Positions 18,422 through 30,811 of a DNA stretch of 64,000 bases are shown here, piece by piece; the first letter of the stretch is position 1; each line of letters starts with the position of its first letter. This DNA is from an uncultured Gemmatimonadota bacterium. Lineage in GTDB: Bacteria; JAAXHH01. The stretch covers positions 2,560,001 to 2,624,000 of the forward strand of contig OX638340.1 of the NCBI GenBank assembly GCA_951812955.1, in the 5' to 3' direction. The notes beneath the pieces are model-generated. The model made no database searches and was not told the DNA's origin. It was given only the letters and a program-made list of their open reading frames with translations. Made by a program: the position numbers and the translations under genes.

Positions 18422-18931
18422 GTGTTAGATATCTTGCACGATCTTGGCATTGACCTGAGCACCCTGATCATCCAGATGATCGGGTTCGCCATCCTGTTCT
18501 TCGTCCTGAAGAAGTACGTTTTCGGCATGATCGCCCAGGCCATCGAGGACAGGAAACGGGATATCCGCGACCGCATGGCCGGACTGGACGCGGACCGGGC
18601 GGAACTGGACCGTCTCCACGATGAAGCCAGGCGGCGGCTCGAGGAAATAGAGGCCGAGGCCCGTGAGAAGGTGCAGGCCGCGGTCGACCAGGCCAACGCG
18701 GAGCGCGGCCGGATCCTCGAGCTGACCCAGCAGGACACGGAACGCGAACTGGAGAAGGCGCGCAACACCATCCGGCGCGAGAAGGAACACGCGGTGGCCG
18801 AACTGCGCGCGCAGGTGGGCGACCTGGCGGTGGAGATCGCGGGCAAAGTCCTGAACAGCACACTGGACGCGGCGGAACATCGTAAGGTCGTGGACGAATT
18901 CATCGCACAGATACCCTCTGCGAAGGAATAG
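18422..18931 (+). CDS. atpF: F0F1 ATP synthase subunit b
   Basis: N-terminal TM helix followed by long charged coiled coil; 169 aa; operon position. Confidence 0.8.
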   Translation: MLDILHDLGIDLSTLIIQMIGFAILFFVLKKYVFGMIAQAIEDRKRDIRDRMAGLDADRAELDRLHDEARRRLEEIEAEAREKVQAAVDQANAERGRILELTQQDTERELEKARNTIRREKEHAVAELRAQVGDLAVEIAGKVLNSTLDAAEHRKVVDEFIAQIPSAKE

Positions 18932-18940
18932 CGGGGAACC

Positions 18941-19480
18941 ATGGCCAGTATGAAAGACATCGCACACAGGTATGCCGGGGCGTGGCTGGAAGCCGCGGCG
19001 GAAAGGGAATTGCTGGAACCGGTCCGCGGCGAAATCGCGGCGTTCGAGCAGCTGTGCCGGGATTCCGAACCCTTTGTGGAATTCATCACGGACAAGGTCA
19101 TACCGGCTGACGTAAAGCAGCGCATTCTGGGCGAATTGTTCGAAGGCAAAGTCCAGGACATCACCCTCAATTTCCTATACCTGCTGGCTACCAGGCGGCG
19201 GGCACGCCTCATGCCGGAGATCCTGGAATCGTGTCGGGAGATCCTGGATGAGTGGGACGGAATCGTAAACGCGGACGTCTCGAGCGCGGTATCGCTTTCA
19301 GAGACGCAGGAGAGCGGCCTGAGGTCGAGCCTTGAAGCGCTTACGGGCAAGCGGATACGGATGAAGACTGGCGTGAACCCGGAACTGATCGGCGGTTTCG
19401 TGGTCCGCGTGGGCGACCAGGTCTTTGACAGCAGCCTGGCCACCCAGCTCCAGCGGGTTCGCCAGTCGCTTGCTTCATAA
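18941..19480 (+). CDS. atpH: F0F1 ATP synthase subunit delta
   Basis: 179 aa helical protein between atpF and atpA; OSCP-like N-terminus. Confidence 0.8.
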   Translation: MASMKDIAHRYAGAWLEAAAERELLEPVRGEIAAFEQLCRDSEPFVEFITDKVIPADVKQRILGELFEGKVQDITLNFLYLLATRRRARLMPEILESCREILDEWDGIVNADVSSAVSLSETQESGLRSSLEALTGKRIRMKTGVNPELIGGFVVRVGDQVFDSSLATQLQRVRQSLAS

Positions 19481-19489
19481 TGAGCATCG

Positions 19490-21034
19490 ATGGAGAAGAC
19501 AATGGCGTTTGATGAAATAGCAATTCGTGCGGACGAGGTCTCCGAACTCCTGAAGCAGCAGGTCCTGGACTTCAAGAGAGAGGTCGACATCTACGAAACG
19601 GGTACCGTGCTCCAGGTGGGCGACGGGATCGCCCGGGTGCAGGGCCTTTCCAACGTGATGGCGAACGAGCTCGTCGAGTTTCCCAATGACGTGGTGGGCA
19701 TGGTGCTCAACCTGGAAGAAGACAACGTCGGATGCATTCTCTTCGGGGACGACCAGTTGATCAAGGAAGGCGATCAGGTCAAACGGACGCAGCGGATCGT
19801 CGAGTGCGCCGTGGGCGACGGCATGCTGGGCCGCGTGGTGGACTCCCTGGGCCGGCCTATCGACGGCAAGGGGTCCGTCATCGGAACGGAGTCGCGCCCG
19901 ATTGAGACGAAGGCGCCCGGCGTGGTGCAGCGACAGCCCGTAAATGAACCCATGTATACCGGTCTCAAGGTGATCGACAGCATGTTCCCCATCGGAAGGG
20001 GACAGCGCGAGCTGATCATCGGCGACCGGCAGACCGGTAAGACGGCCGTGGCCCTGGACGCGATCATCAACCAGAAGGGCCAGGACGTGGCCTGCATCTA
20101 CGTGGCCATCGGACAGAAGGGTTCGACGATCGCCAAGACGGTCGCGATTTTGGAAGAACACGGCGCCATGGAATACACCACGGTGGTCGTGGCCGCGGCC
20201 AGCGCGCCGGCGCCCATGCAGTTCCTGGCCCCTTACGGCGGGGCGACTATGGGTGAATTCTACCGCGACAATGGCAAGCACGCCCTGGTCATCTACGACG
20301 ACCTGACCAAGCACGCGGTGGCCTACCGTCAGTTGTCGCTGAACCTGCGGCGTCCGCCCGGCCGCGAGGCCTACCCCGGGGACGTGTTCTACCTGCATTC
20401 CCGGCTCCTGGAACGTGCAGCCAAGATGAGCGACGAATACGGCGCCGGCTCGCTGACCGCGCTGCCTGTCATCGAAACCCAGTTCGGCGACGTGTCTACG
20501 TACATCCCGACCAACGTGATATCCATCACCGACGGCCAGATCTACCTGGAGTCCAACCTGTTCTTCGCGGGACAGCGGCCGGCCGTCAACGTGGGCCTGT
20601 CGGTATCCCGCGTGGGTGGCGCCGCGCAGATCAAGGCGATGAAGTCGCGCCAGGTGGCCGGTCTGCTCAGAACGTCGCTCGCCCGCTACCGGGAGCTGGA
20701 AGCCTTTGCCCGGTTCGGCACTTCGGGCCTGGACCAGACCACGCAGCGGGAACTTCACTTGGGCGAAAGGCTGGTCGAACTGATCAAGCAGCCGCAGTAC
20801 CGGCCCATGGCGGTCGAAGAGCAGATCATTTCGCTGTATGTGGGCGTCAACGGCATGTTGAACGACCTGTCCGTGGACCAGGTGCAGCCCTTCGTGGCGG
20901 CCTTTCTCCAACACATGGAGACACATCATTCGGACGTGGGCCGTGAAATCAGGGAAACCGAACAGTTGTCCGAGGATGCGGAACAGCATATCCGGGACGC
21001 GGCCAAGGAATTCAGCAAGACGTTCAACGGTTAG
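19490..21034 (+). CDS. atpA: F0F1 ATP synthase subunit alpha
   Basis: Walker [12 protein letters not shown], alpha subunit signature regions; 514 aa. Confidence 0.97.
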   Translation: MEKTMAFDEIAIRADEVSELLKQQVLDFKREVDIYETGTVLQVGDGIARVQGLSNVMANELVEFPNDVVGMVLNLEEDNVGCILFGDDQLIKEGDQVKRTQRIVECAVGDGMLGRVVDSLGRPIDGKGSVIGTESRPIETKAPGVVQRQPVNEPMYTGLKVIDSMFPIGRGQRELIIGDRQTGKTAVALDAIINQKGQDVACIYVAIGQKGSTIAKTVAILEEHGAMEYTTVVVAAASAPAPMQFLAPYGGATMGEFYRDNGKHALVIYDDLTKHAVAYRQLSLNLRRPPGREAYPGDVFYLHSRLLERAAKMSDEYGAGSLTALPVIETQFGDVSTYIPTNVISITDGQIYLESNLFFAGQRPAVNVGLSVSRVGGAAQIKAMKSRQVAGLLRTSLARYRELEAFARFGTSGLDQTTQRELHLGERLVELIKQPQYRPMAVEEQIISLYVGVNGMLNDLSVDQVQPFVAAFLQHMETHHSDVGREIRETEQLSEDAEQHIRDAAKEFSKTFNG

Positions 21035-21045
21035 AAAGGGTACCA

Positions 21046-23334
<2,289 letters not shown>

Positions 23335-23337
23335 ATC

Positions 23338-23739
23338 ATGGCGGGCGAATTTCCTTTAGTCATCGTTACGCCTTCCTGCATGGCCTATGAAGGCGAAGTG
23401 CGCAACGTGCTGGCGCCGGGCACCGATGGATACTTCGAGGTGCTGATCGGCCATGTGCCCATGCTCACCTCACTGCGGCCCGGAATCCTCTCCATCCGGA
23501 ACGAAGACGGCCGTACCAGGTACGCCGTGTCCGGCGGATTCGTCGAAGTGCTGCGGTCCCAGGTTACCATCCTGGCCGAAACCATCGAAGCGGAAGGCGA
23601 CATCGACGTGGAGCGTGCGCAACGGGCCGAGAAACGGGCGCGCCAGCGCCTGGAATCGGATGAAGACGGCGTCGACGTCGAACGGGCCATGTCCTCGCTG
23701 GACCGGGCGCTCAACCGCATCAAGGCGAGCCAGCAGTAG
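23338..23739 (+). CDS. atpC: F0F1 ATP synthase subunit epsilon
   Basis: 133 aa, beta-sandwich plus C-terminal helices, last gene of operon. Confidence 0.9.
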   Translation: MAGEFPLVIVTPSCMAYEGEVRNVLAPGTDGYFEVLIGHVPMLTSLRPGILSIRNEDGRTRYAVSGGFVEVLRSQVTILAETIEAEGDIDVERAQRAEKRARQRLESDEDGVDVERAMSSLDRALNRIKASQQ

Positions 23740-23860
23740 GACTCTCTGCGGCGAGTCCCTCTGCCGCGAGCTCCTATTCGGCGTGTCCCACTGTCGTGAG
23801 TCCCACTGCGGCGAGTCCCTCTACTGCGGGTTCCTCTGTCTCGAGTCCCTTCGCTGCACC
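23740..23860. repeat. degenerate ~15-nt tandem repeat (consensus ctgcggcgagtccct) x about 8 immediately after the atpC stop
   Basis: Direct reading: ctctgcggcgagtccct / ctgccgcgagctcct / tcggcgtgtcccact / gtcgtgagtcccact / gcggcgagtccct / ctgcgggttcctctg / tctcgagtccct. Confidence 0.8.
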
Positions 23861-23874
23861 AGGCTTAACTTCTC

Positions 23875-24870
23875 ATGAATCCCAAAGGCAGCGGTGTCGA
23901 ACTTGACCTGATTCCAGTCGCATGCGCAATGTGCGGAAGCGCGGAGACCGAACCGCGTCCTGTGTTCGAGGGATACGACTACGAGTACCGGTCCTGCGAA
24001 AACAGGTTCAGGTTCGTCGCGTGCTCGGATTGCGGACACGTGTATCTGTCGCCGAGGGTTCGGCTGGAGGACATCGATCGCATCTATCCGAGCAACTACA
24101 CGCTTCGCATCACGGAAACCGAGTACCCCACCTTTGCTCCGTTCAGGTGGCTGAAGCTTAACATACTCGACCGGGGATGGAACAGGAAAGTGATCTCGAA
24201 TCTCCGGCCCGGTGCCCGGGTGCTCGATATCGGCGCGGGATTCGGAGGGAATCTGACCTTCCTGGCAGAACTGGCGCCTTTTCCGCTCAAACTCTTCGCC
24301 AATGACTTGAAATTCGAGCCTGAAGCCCGGTCATACCTTTCCGATCGCGGCGTAACCCTAATCGAAGGCCCTGTCGAAGACGTCGCATGCGGAGAACGGT
24401 TCGATGCCATCATCTGCCAACAGGTTATCGAACACGTACCCGATCCCGGACGGATGATCCAATGGATTTCGGATCATCTCGCGCCGGGAGGCGTCGTATA
24501 TCTCGAAACGCCCGATCTGAGCGGGCTTTCCCGTTACTTCTTCAAGAACCACTGGCTTGCCTTAAGTATCCCTCGACACTTCCATATGTTCTCTCGAAAG
24601 GCGTTTGCGGCCTGCGTCGGTAAAGTCGACCTGGAGATCGAGTTCCACGGTGCCATCGTCGAAGCGAGTCATTGGCCTGCAAGCCTCCGGATCAAACTGG
24701 GCATGGATCCGCACGCACCCCGCTCGGCCGGTTTCATGTACAGCCTGATCAGCTACGAAAACTTTCTTATCAAGTCGATTAGCTGCATGATCGATCTGTC
24801 GGCCATCCTGCTGGGAATGTCCACGGTGAGCCAGGCGTTGATTGCGCGGAAACCGGACGCTTCAGCTTAA
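23875..24870 (+). CDS. class I SAM-dependent methyltransferase with N-terminal Cys4 zinc-ribbon
   Basis: CAMCGS...CSDCGH zinc-ribbon pairs; SAM-binding motif I VLDIGAGFGGNL; acidic motif II. Confidence 0.7.
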   Translation: MNPKGSGVELDLIPVACAMCGSAETEPRPVFEGYDYEYRSCENRFRFVACSDCGHVYLSPRVRLEDIDRIYPSNYTLRITETEYPTFAPFRWLKLNILDRGWNRKVISNLRPGARVLDIGAGFGGNLTFLAELAPFPLKLFANDLKFEPEARSYLSDRGVTLIEGPVEDVACGERFDAIICQQVIEHVPDPGRMIQWISDHLAPGGVVYLETPDLSGLSRYFFKNHWLALSIPRHFHMFSRKAFAACVGKVDLEIEFHGAIVEASHWPASLRIKLGMDPHAPRSAGFMYSLISYENFLIKSISCMIDLSAILLGMSTVSQALIARKPDASA

Positions 24871-24926
24871 TTTCTACTACGGCCGACGATCGCGAATGAC
24901 TGTATGAATCGATAGGCCGGATTGGC

Positions 24927-25712
24927 CTATCGGTCCTTCCGCAGGAATCCAAGTTCTTGCACCGCCCGCCGAAACCCGTCCTTCAAGACCGGCTCATCGC
25001 CGCCAACGAGAAGCAGACGCACACCTTCTTCTATCTGGCGGCGAACGTTCTCCTCGTCATCTGGTGAGCCGAGCAGGGGGTGTCCCACGGGCTTTCCCGT
25101 TCGCTGGCCGGCTTCCCGCACGCGGCGGAGCGCGTCGAGGTACTTTGGATGGTCGAACCGGAATGGAACTCCGAGGGAAATACACAGGTCCACCGGACCC
25201 ACGATACAGCCATCCACCCCCTCCACGGCCATGATGTCGTCGATGCGCTCGACGGCTTCGGCCGACTCGATTATCGGGAGATAGACCACGACGTCATCGA
25301 TCCCGGCGGTGTATTCCTCTTCAAACAACCCGTATCCCGCGGCTCGGTGCGGTCCCCACCCCCGCGTGCCCCGCGGAGGATAGCGGCAGGCGTCCGCCCC
25401 CAGCTTCGCCTCTTCCGGGGTGTTCACGAAGGGGACGACAATTCCCACTGCGCCCATGTCGAGGTATAATTTGATCAGGTCGGGATCGGTACGGGTAATC
25501 CGAACTATCGGCGCGGCTGGCGTACAGCCCGCCGCCTGGATCTGGGCCTGCACGGTAACCGGCGTTTGCGGCGCGTGCTCCGTGTCGATCAGGATCCAGT
25601 CGAAACCGGCCAGTCCGGCCAGTTCCGCGATGGCGGGGGATCCGAATCGAAGCTGTATGCCGAAGGCGGGCTTGCCTTCGGCCATCAGGTTCTTGAGGTG
25701 GCTGTGAATCAT
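24927..25712 (-). CDS. HpcH/HpaI family aldolase (2-keto-3-deoxy acid aldolase or citrate-lyase beta-like fold)
   Basis: Family-typical blocks GIQLRFGSPAIAELAGLAGFDWILIDTEHAP and RYPPRGTRGWGP. Confidence 0.7.
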   Translation of the reverse strand: MIHSHLKNLMAEGKPAFGIQLRFGSPAIAELAGLAGFDWILIDTEHAPQTPVTVQAQIQAAGCTPAAPIVRITRTDPDLIKLYLDMGAVGIVVPFVNTPEEAKLGADACRYPPRGTRGWGPHRAAGYGLFEEEYTAGIDDVVVYLPIIESAEAVERIDDIMAVEGVDGCIVGPVDLCISLGVPFRFDHPKYLDALRRVREAGQRTGKPVGHPLLGSPDDEENVRRQIEEGVRLLLVGGDEPVLKDGFRRAVQELGFLRKDR

Positions 25713-25725
25713 GGATCGTCTGCGG

Positions 25726-26520
25726 TCATGTCCTGGTCACGTCCTGGTAGAATCCCAGCTCGAAGAGGCGGTCGAGCCATCGCTGCCGTTTTGGCCTGCC
25801 ATCGGGATTGGCAAGCCAGTACGGATCGACCAGGGGATCGCCGGGTCGGTTGTACTTGGCTGTGGCCTTGCCGTTGTTCGCCCCCTGCTCGCGCGTGGTC
25901 TCGACTTCCTCCGGCGTCCTCGGATTGTTGTAGTACACGCAAGTGCACATGCGCCGGTCGCTGGATCCTCCGTAACTCGCATGCCACAACCGGAGGTCGA
26001 ATCCCACTACGTCGCCCGGTTCCGATACGCAGACATGTGACGGCACTTCCGCGACGGACAGGCCCAGACCGGGCATCACCTTTCTCAGTTCGCCATGGTA
26101 AGGATTTTGGTGCGAACCCGGGATGACGCGCAGCGCGCCGGTCTCCGGTCCCACGGGTTGGAGGTAGAAGGCGAACTTGATGCCGTACTGGTGGATACTG
26201 TGTGTATCCGGATGCCATCCCGTGTTGCCGACGTAACGGTTGGCGTCGGTCGCGATCCCCAGCGCATCTTCGCCGTAGAGCTGTTCGGCGACACCACATA
26301 ACCGGGGATCTTCCATGAGACTCGCGAAGAAGGGCGTGGATTTCCCCATCATCGTGACCCAGTGCCGGACCGAGCCGTCGAAAGGCAGGTGACGGTAAGC
26401 CATTTCCAGCCCGTGGTCGAACTCCCCGTTGATCTGGTCCAGTTCGTCCGGCGTGAAGACCTGGCGCAAGACGACAAAACCAAATGTCTTATAGTGTTGA
26501 TATTGTTGTTCGGTCAACAT
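25726..26520 (-). CDS. phytanoyl-CoA dioxygenase (PhyH) family Fe(II)/2-oxoglutarate oxygenase
   Basis: PhyH-like N-terminal block LTEQQYQHYKTFGFVVLRQVFTPDELDQI, HxD...H facial triad candidates (HPDTH ... PGSHQ). Confidence 0.65.
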   Translation of the reverse strand: MLTEQQYQHYKTFGFVVLRQVFTPDELDQINGEFDHGLEMAYRHLPFDGSVRHWVTMMGKSTPFFASLMEDPRLCGVAEQLYGEDALGIATDANRYVGNTGWHPDTHSIHQYGIKFAFYLQPVGPETGALRVIPGSHQNPYHGELRKVMPGLGLSVAEVPSHVCVSEPGDVVGFDLRLWHASYGGSSDRRMCTCVYYNNPRTPEEVETTREQGANNGKATAKYNRPGDPLVDPYWLANPDGRPKRQRWLDRLFELGFYQDVTRT

Positions 26521-26554
26521 GCCGGGCTCCCCTCCATCTCCAGGTTGAAGCGTG

Positions 26555-27271
26555 TCATATGCGGCGCAGCAGGCGCTGCAGGCGCAGCCACCAGACGATC
26601 CATACCGCCTCGTTGATCACGCCCTGGGAGAGTTTCGATGTGCCTGATCGCCGGTCTACGAAGATAATGGGGATTTCACGCAGGCGATATCCCTTTCGCC
26701 AGCACCGGAAATTCATCTCGATCTGGAAGGCGTATCCGTCGGACCGGACTTCATCCAGCTCGATGTGTTCCAATACTTCGCGGCGGAAGCACTTGTATCC
26801 GCTGGTGGTGTCCCGGATCGTCATCCCCGTGACCAGTCGAGTGTAAATGTTGGCGAAGTAGCTGAGCAGTAACCGGGACATGGGCCAGTTTACCACGTTG
26901 ATGCCGCTGATGTACCGGGATCCGATCACCACGTCGCAGGACGCGATCTCTTCGATGAACCGCGGAACCATGGCGGGATCGTGGGAAAAGTCCGCGTCCA
27001 TCTCGAATACGCAGTCCACGTCCTGTTGGATAGCGTACCTGAAACCCGCAACGTAAGCCGATCCGAGTCCGAGTTTGCCGGGTCGATGCAGGACGCTGAT
27101 CCGTTCATTCTCCGCGGCAAGTTCATCGGCCAGTTTCCCCGTCCCGTCCGGCGAGTTGTCATCCACCACGAGCACGCGGATATCCGGACTCAATGCCATT
27201 AACTCGGGCAAAAGCCGGCGGATGTTCTCGAGCTCGTTGTAGGTGGGGACGATGATCAGGGTTTTCATCAT
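26555..27271 (-). CDS. GT2 family polyprenol-phosphate sugar synthase (Dpm1/ArnC/GtrB-like)
   Basis: IIVPTYNELENI...VLVVDDNSPDGT...ISVLHRPGKLGLGSAY, the DxD-containing Dpm1-like signature; 238 aa. Confidence 0.8.
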   Translation of the reverse strand: MMKTLIIVPTYNELENIRRLLPELMALSPDIRVLVVDDNSPDGTGKLADELAAENERISVLHRPGKLGLGSAYVAGFRYAIQQDVDCVFEMDADFSHDPAMVPRFIEEIASCDVVIGSRYISGINVVNWPMSRLLLSYFANIYTRLVTGMTIRDTTSGYKCFRREVLEHIELDEVRSDGYAFQIEMNFRCWRKGYRLREIPIIFVDRRSGTSKLSQGVINEAVWIVWWLRLQRLLRRI

Positions 27272-27286
27272 TTTACGGTTCCGGTG

Positions 27287-29746
27287 TCAGGCCCGGGCCT
27301 TCAGGCGTTTTCTGATGTGCATCGCACCCGCTGAAATCAACCCGGCGAGGATCAGTGCGCTGGCGATCCGGCTTATCAGGAGGCCCGTGGCGAAGGAAGC
27401 GGGGGCGAAAGTCATCACCACGTCATGACGGCCTTCGGGTACGGCCACGGAGCGAAGGACGTAGTTGGTCTTGTGTATTTCCGCCGGCTGGCCGTCAATC
27501 TCGGCGCTCCATCCTGCCGGATAATAGATCTCGCTGAGCACCAGCAAACAAGATGAGGCCGCATCCACTGCCATCTCGATACGGTGCGGTGAGTGCAGGG
27601 TGATCTCCACGGACGAGTCGCCCGCCGGACCGAGCCGTTCCTGGAGAGGTTCTTCCACGATTGCGTATTTGCCGGGATTGAACCCCGGGTCGCTCAGCGC
27701 TTCGAAGATGGCGTCCTTCCCGGCAATGACGCGCACACTGTCCACCAGGAAGGCCCGCGGCAGCGCGTCGTCGTTCCGATACAGGTATCCACCGTCGGTT
27801 TCGGCCACGGGTGCGAGCGCGGCTTCAGGGAGCGGCTGTCGAGACACCAGGTAACGGGTATTCAGCATGTTCAGAACCGGAAAGGAACTGAGTCCCACCT
27901 GGTCCATGAGTTCCTGGTAGATGCCCAACTTGGCGGCGTGGTAGCCGCCAATACTGGATATCCCGAAGTATCCGTATTCATTCGAAGAGAACTCGGAGAG
28001 CGGCAGGATGCGGTACAGGCTTGTGTCGTCTTCCAGGGCTTTCACAATTTCGTTGTCTCGGGCGGTGTAATAGGCTTCGATCCGCGCGGGATCATCTTGG
28101 GGGTTCACGATCCGCGAGGCCACGAGCGATAGATCGATGGAGACGAGTATGCATACGCCCGCGGCAAACAGTGACGGGCTCATCTTTCGGGTGGCGAAAA
28201 GCAGCGCCGCAGCCGCGCAGAGGAACAATGCCATGGTCCACAGATCGCCCATGAACAGGTCGAATCGCATGGCGTTGAGCCTGGCATGGTAGTCCACGTT
28301 GTCCAGGAGGGCCGCGCGCGAACCATGGGCCGCATCCGCCTGCGAATAGACGCCCGTCATGAAGGACTGGAAGGAGGACTCGAATACGGTCAGTACCAGG
28401 ACCAGCAGGAGGACTCCGCCGGCTACGCAGCACAGTTTTTTCGCGAAGCTCCCCAGGCTGTCCCGGCCGGCACGTATCCGTTCGATCACCGCGTGCACGC
28501 CGTATCCCGCCAGCAGGGCTGCCGCGAACTGCAGGATCACCAGGATCATGACCGGCGCGCGGAACTTGCCGAAGAAGGGGACGAAGTGGAGCATGACGTA
28601 GGACAGGGGAGGCAGGTGCCGTCCGAAGGAGACCAGAAGGGCCAGCACGGCCGCCAGGACGAGAAACAGGGTCATGCGCGAACTTCGCAGCAAGAAGCCC
28701 GCCAGGGCCAGGACAACGACGACGACGCCCAGGTAGTTCGGGAAATCCGTGAAGGGCATTTCTCCCCAGTAGAAGAGACCGCCGAACCCGGCGAAGGAAG
28801 GGATGATGAAGGTCAGTACTTCGATGGGAGGGAACGACCAGCTCGTGGCGAAGGGGACGTTGACGCCGCTACCGCCGACTGAGAGGCCCCGAGCGGAATA
28901 CTGCGCGTATTCCTGCATGGGAAAGACCAGCACCGCCGCGACGGCGACGGCCAGGACGATACCGCCCACAAAGAGACCGGATTTTCGCAGTATCTCGCGT
29001 GCAGGAGTCCTGTCCCTCCATTCATTGATTACGGCGTATGCGGCGTACAGGCCGATCAGCATGGCCGTGTAGAAGGCGATCTGGGGATGAAAGGAACACA
29101 ACTGCGAGCCGAACGCGCCTCCGAGCAATACCATGTCGAACACCCCGCCGCGATCAAATACGCGGTAGGCTGCCAGGAAGACGAGGGGGACATGCATGAA
29201 GCAGATGAACCGGTTCGCGTGTTCCGTGGCCATCATGTGGGTGGAAAACACGAAGGCCGCCGCCGCGACGAAAGACGCGGGCCTGGAGAGCGACAAGGTT
29301 CGCGCCAGAAGAAACATGGAAACCGCGCCGAGGAGCAGGTGGAAGAAGAAACGGCCGTGCAGCGCGCTGACGAGCCGGTCCGGCAGGACGGCATTGACCA
29401 GGGCTTCGTAGCTGTATTGTAGATGGTGGTACGTGCCGCTGGCCTGGAAGGGCATGCCGCCGAAGATGTGGGGGTACCAGAGGGGCGTTTCGCCGGATCC
29501 GCTTTTAAAGTCCTGCGCGAAGCGGTCGAAGGGAATGGCCTGGCCAATGAAATCGGGCCTGATGTCCATCTTCCCGTCGATGATATAGCCGCGGTACACG
29601 AATACGGCCAGCACCGCGATGATCAGGCAGAACAGGGCGTCCTGGACCAACGGATGCAGGCTTCGGTCCGCGCGCTCCCGACGGCTATCGTCCCGTCCGC
29701 GGATTCGGCGCTGTTCAGATCGTGGTGGGTTTCGCTGCTTCGCCAT
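27287..29746 (-). CDS. large polytopic membrane protein, YfhO-like GT-C family glycosyltransferase candidate
   Basis: 819 aa; more than 12 predicted TM helices in the first ~520 aa plus a ~300-aa C-terminal soluble domain; adjacent to a Dpm1-like GT2, as in CsbB/YfhO, ArnC/ArnT and GtrB/GtrC pairs. Confidence 0.5.
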   Translation of the reverse strand: MAKQRNPPRSEQRRIRGRDDSRRERADRSLHPLVQDALFCLIIAVLAVFVYRGYIIDGKMDIRPDFIGQAIPFDRFAQDFKSGSGETPLWYPHIFGGMPFQASGTYHHLQYSYEALVNAVLPDRLVSALHGRFFFHLLLGAVSMFLLARTLSLSRPASFVAAAAFVFSTHMMATEHANRFICFMHVPLVFLAAYRVFDRGGVFDMVLLGGAFGSQLCSFHPQIAFYTAMLIGLYAAYAVINEWRDRTPAREILRKSGLFVGGIVLAVAVAAVLVFPMQEYAQYSARGLSVGGSGVNVPFATSWSFPPIEVLTFIIPSFAGFGGLFYWGEMPFTDFPNYLGVVVVVLALAGFLLRSSRMTLFLVLAAVLALLVSFGRHLPPLSYVMLHFVPFFGKFRAPVMILVILQFAAALLAGYGVHAVIERIRAGRDSLGSFAKKLCCVAGGVLLLVLVLTVFESSFQSFMTGVYSQADAAHGSRAALLDNVDYHARLNAMRFDLFMGDLWTMALFLCAAAALLFATRKMSPSLFAAGVCILVSIDLSLVASRIVNPQDDPARIEAYYTARDNEIVKALEDDTSLYRILPLSEFSSNEYGYFGISSIGGYHAAKLGIYQELMDQVGLSSFPVLNMLNTRYLVSRQPLPEAALAPVAETDGGYLYRNDDALPRAFLVDSVRVIAGKDAIFEALSDPGFNPGKYAIVEEPLQERLGPAGDSSVEITLHSPHRIEMAVDAASSCLLVLSEIYYPAGWSAEIDGQPAEIHKTNYVLRSVAVPEGRHDVVMTFAPASFATGLLISRIASALILAGLISAGAMHIRKRLKARA

Positions 29747-29878
29747 GAATATCCTTTAGCGGACTGTTTCTGCGCTTCGCAATGAATACCCTATAACGGC
29801 CTGTTGCTGCGATATGAATGGCGGGAACATCCGATTAAATCAATCGATTAAAGCAAACGGTAAATTCTGCTGGTTAAA

Positions 29879-30802
29879 TCAACGAGTATTCGAGGTGATC
29901 GGGGTAGCGAAGCCTTCCCAAATCCCTCGATGGAGCGCGCCCAGGTGGCCCCACCTGCGACGGATGACCAAGATAGCCGCCGACCGAAGATAACGATACA
30001 GAAAAAGGTAAGGCAGGAACGCGAACAGAAACTGCGGAAGCGGCACGTGTTTTCTCGCAAACAGAATCCTGCTGCGTATCATGTGACGCATATAGAATGG
30101 ACTGTTGAAACCGGCCGTCCGTGACCCCTTGTGGTGGACAACGGCCTTTGGCTCCAAAAGCAATCTATATCCGGCTTCCCGCACCTTCATTCCCCAGTCG
30201 AAGTCGTCGAAATAGCAAAAATAATCTTCGTCCATCAGTCCGACCTTCTCCAGGACAGCGCGCTTGACGAGGAGTGCAGTTCCCGTGATGTACGGCATCT
30301 CGGTCGAGGAATCGAACTGCCCCCTGTCCTCTTCCCCGTGACCCAGAAGAAACCCCTGCGCCAGCCACGGGATGGTGCGTGTACCTGCCGAGTCGAGCAC
30401 GCGTTCCTCTCCATACTTGTAGATCTTCGGTCCGGCCATGCCTATATCGCTGGAGCGTTCCGCCGCTCGAACAAGGTTGGCCAATACGTCTGGCTCCACG
30501 ACGGTGTCGTTGTTCAGCAGGAACACGTAATCGGCGTCTTTTGAAAGGGCATGGCGCATGCCCTGGTTGCTACCACGGACGAATCCCCTGTTTTCGGCGT
30601 TACGAATCAGCGTCAAAGGGAGGTTTTCACGCCCCCACCGCTCGATGGCATCAGGCGAGCCGTCTGTCGATCCATTGTCCACAACAATGACCGAAAAGGA
30701 CGGGTAGTCTATACGCGCCAGTGATTCGAGGCACTCCAGCGTATCCGCTTCCCGGTTCCAGTTGAGTATGACGATGGCGACGTGGGGAAGTGATAGACTC
30801 AT
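29879..30802 (-). CDS. GT2 family glycosyltransferase
   Basis: VAIVILNWNREADTLECLESL...VIVVDNGSTDGS...DYVFLLNNDTVV GT2 motifs; 307 aa. Confidence 0.75.
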   Translation of the reverse strand: MSLSLPHVAIVILNWNREADTLECLESLARIDYPSFSVIVVDNGSTDGSPDAIERWGRENLPLTLIRNAENRGFVRGSNQGMRHALSKDADYVFLLNNDTVVEPDVLANLVRAAERSSDIGMAGPKIYKYGEERVLDSAGTRTIPWLAQGFLLGHGEEDRGQFDSSTEMPYITGTALLVKRAVLEKVGLMDEDYFCYFDDFDWGMKVREAGYRLLLEPKAVVHHKGSRTAGFNSPFYMRHMIRSRILFARKHVPLPQFLFAFLPYLFLYRYLRSAAILVIRRRWGHLGALHRGIWEGFATPITSNTR

Positions 30803-30811
30803 AATCCAGGT

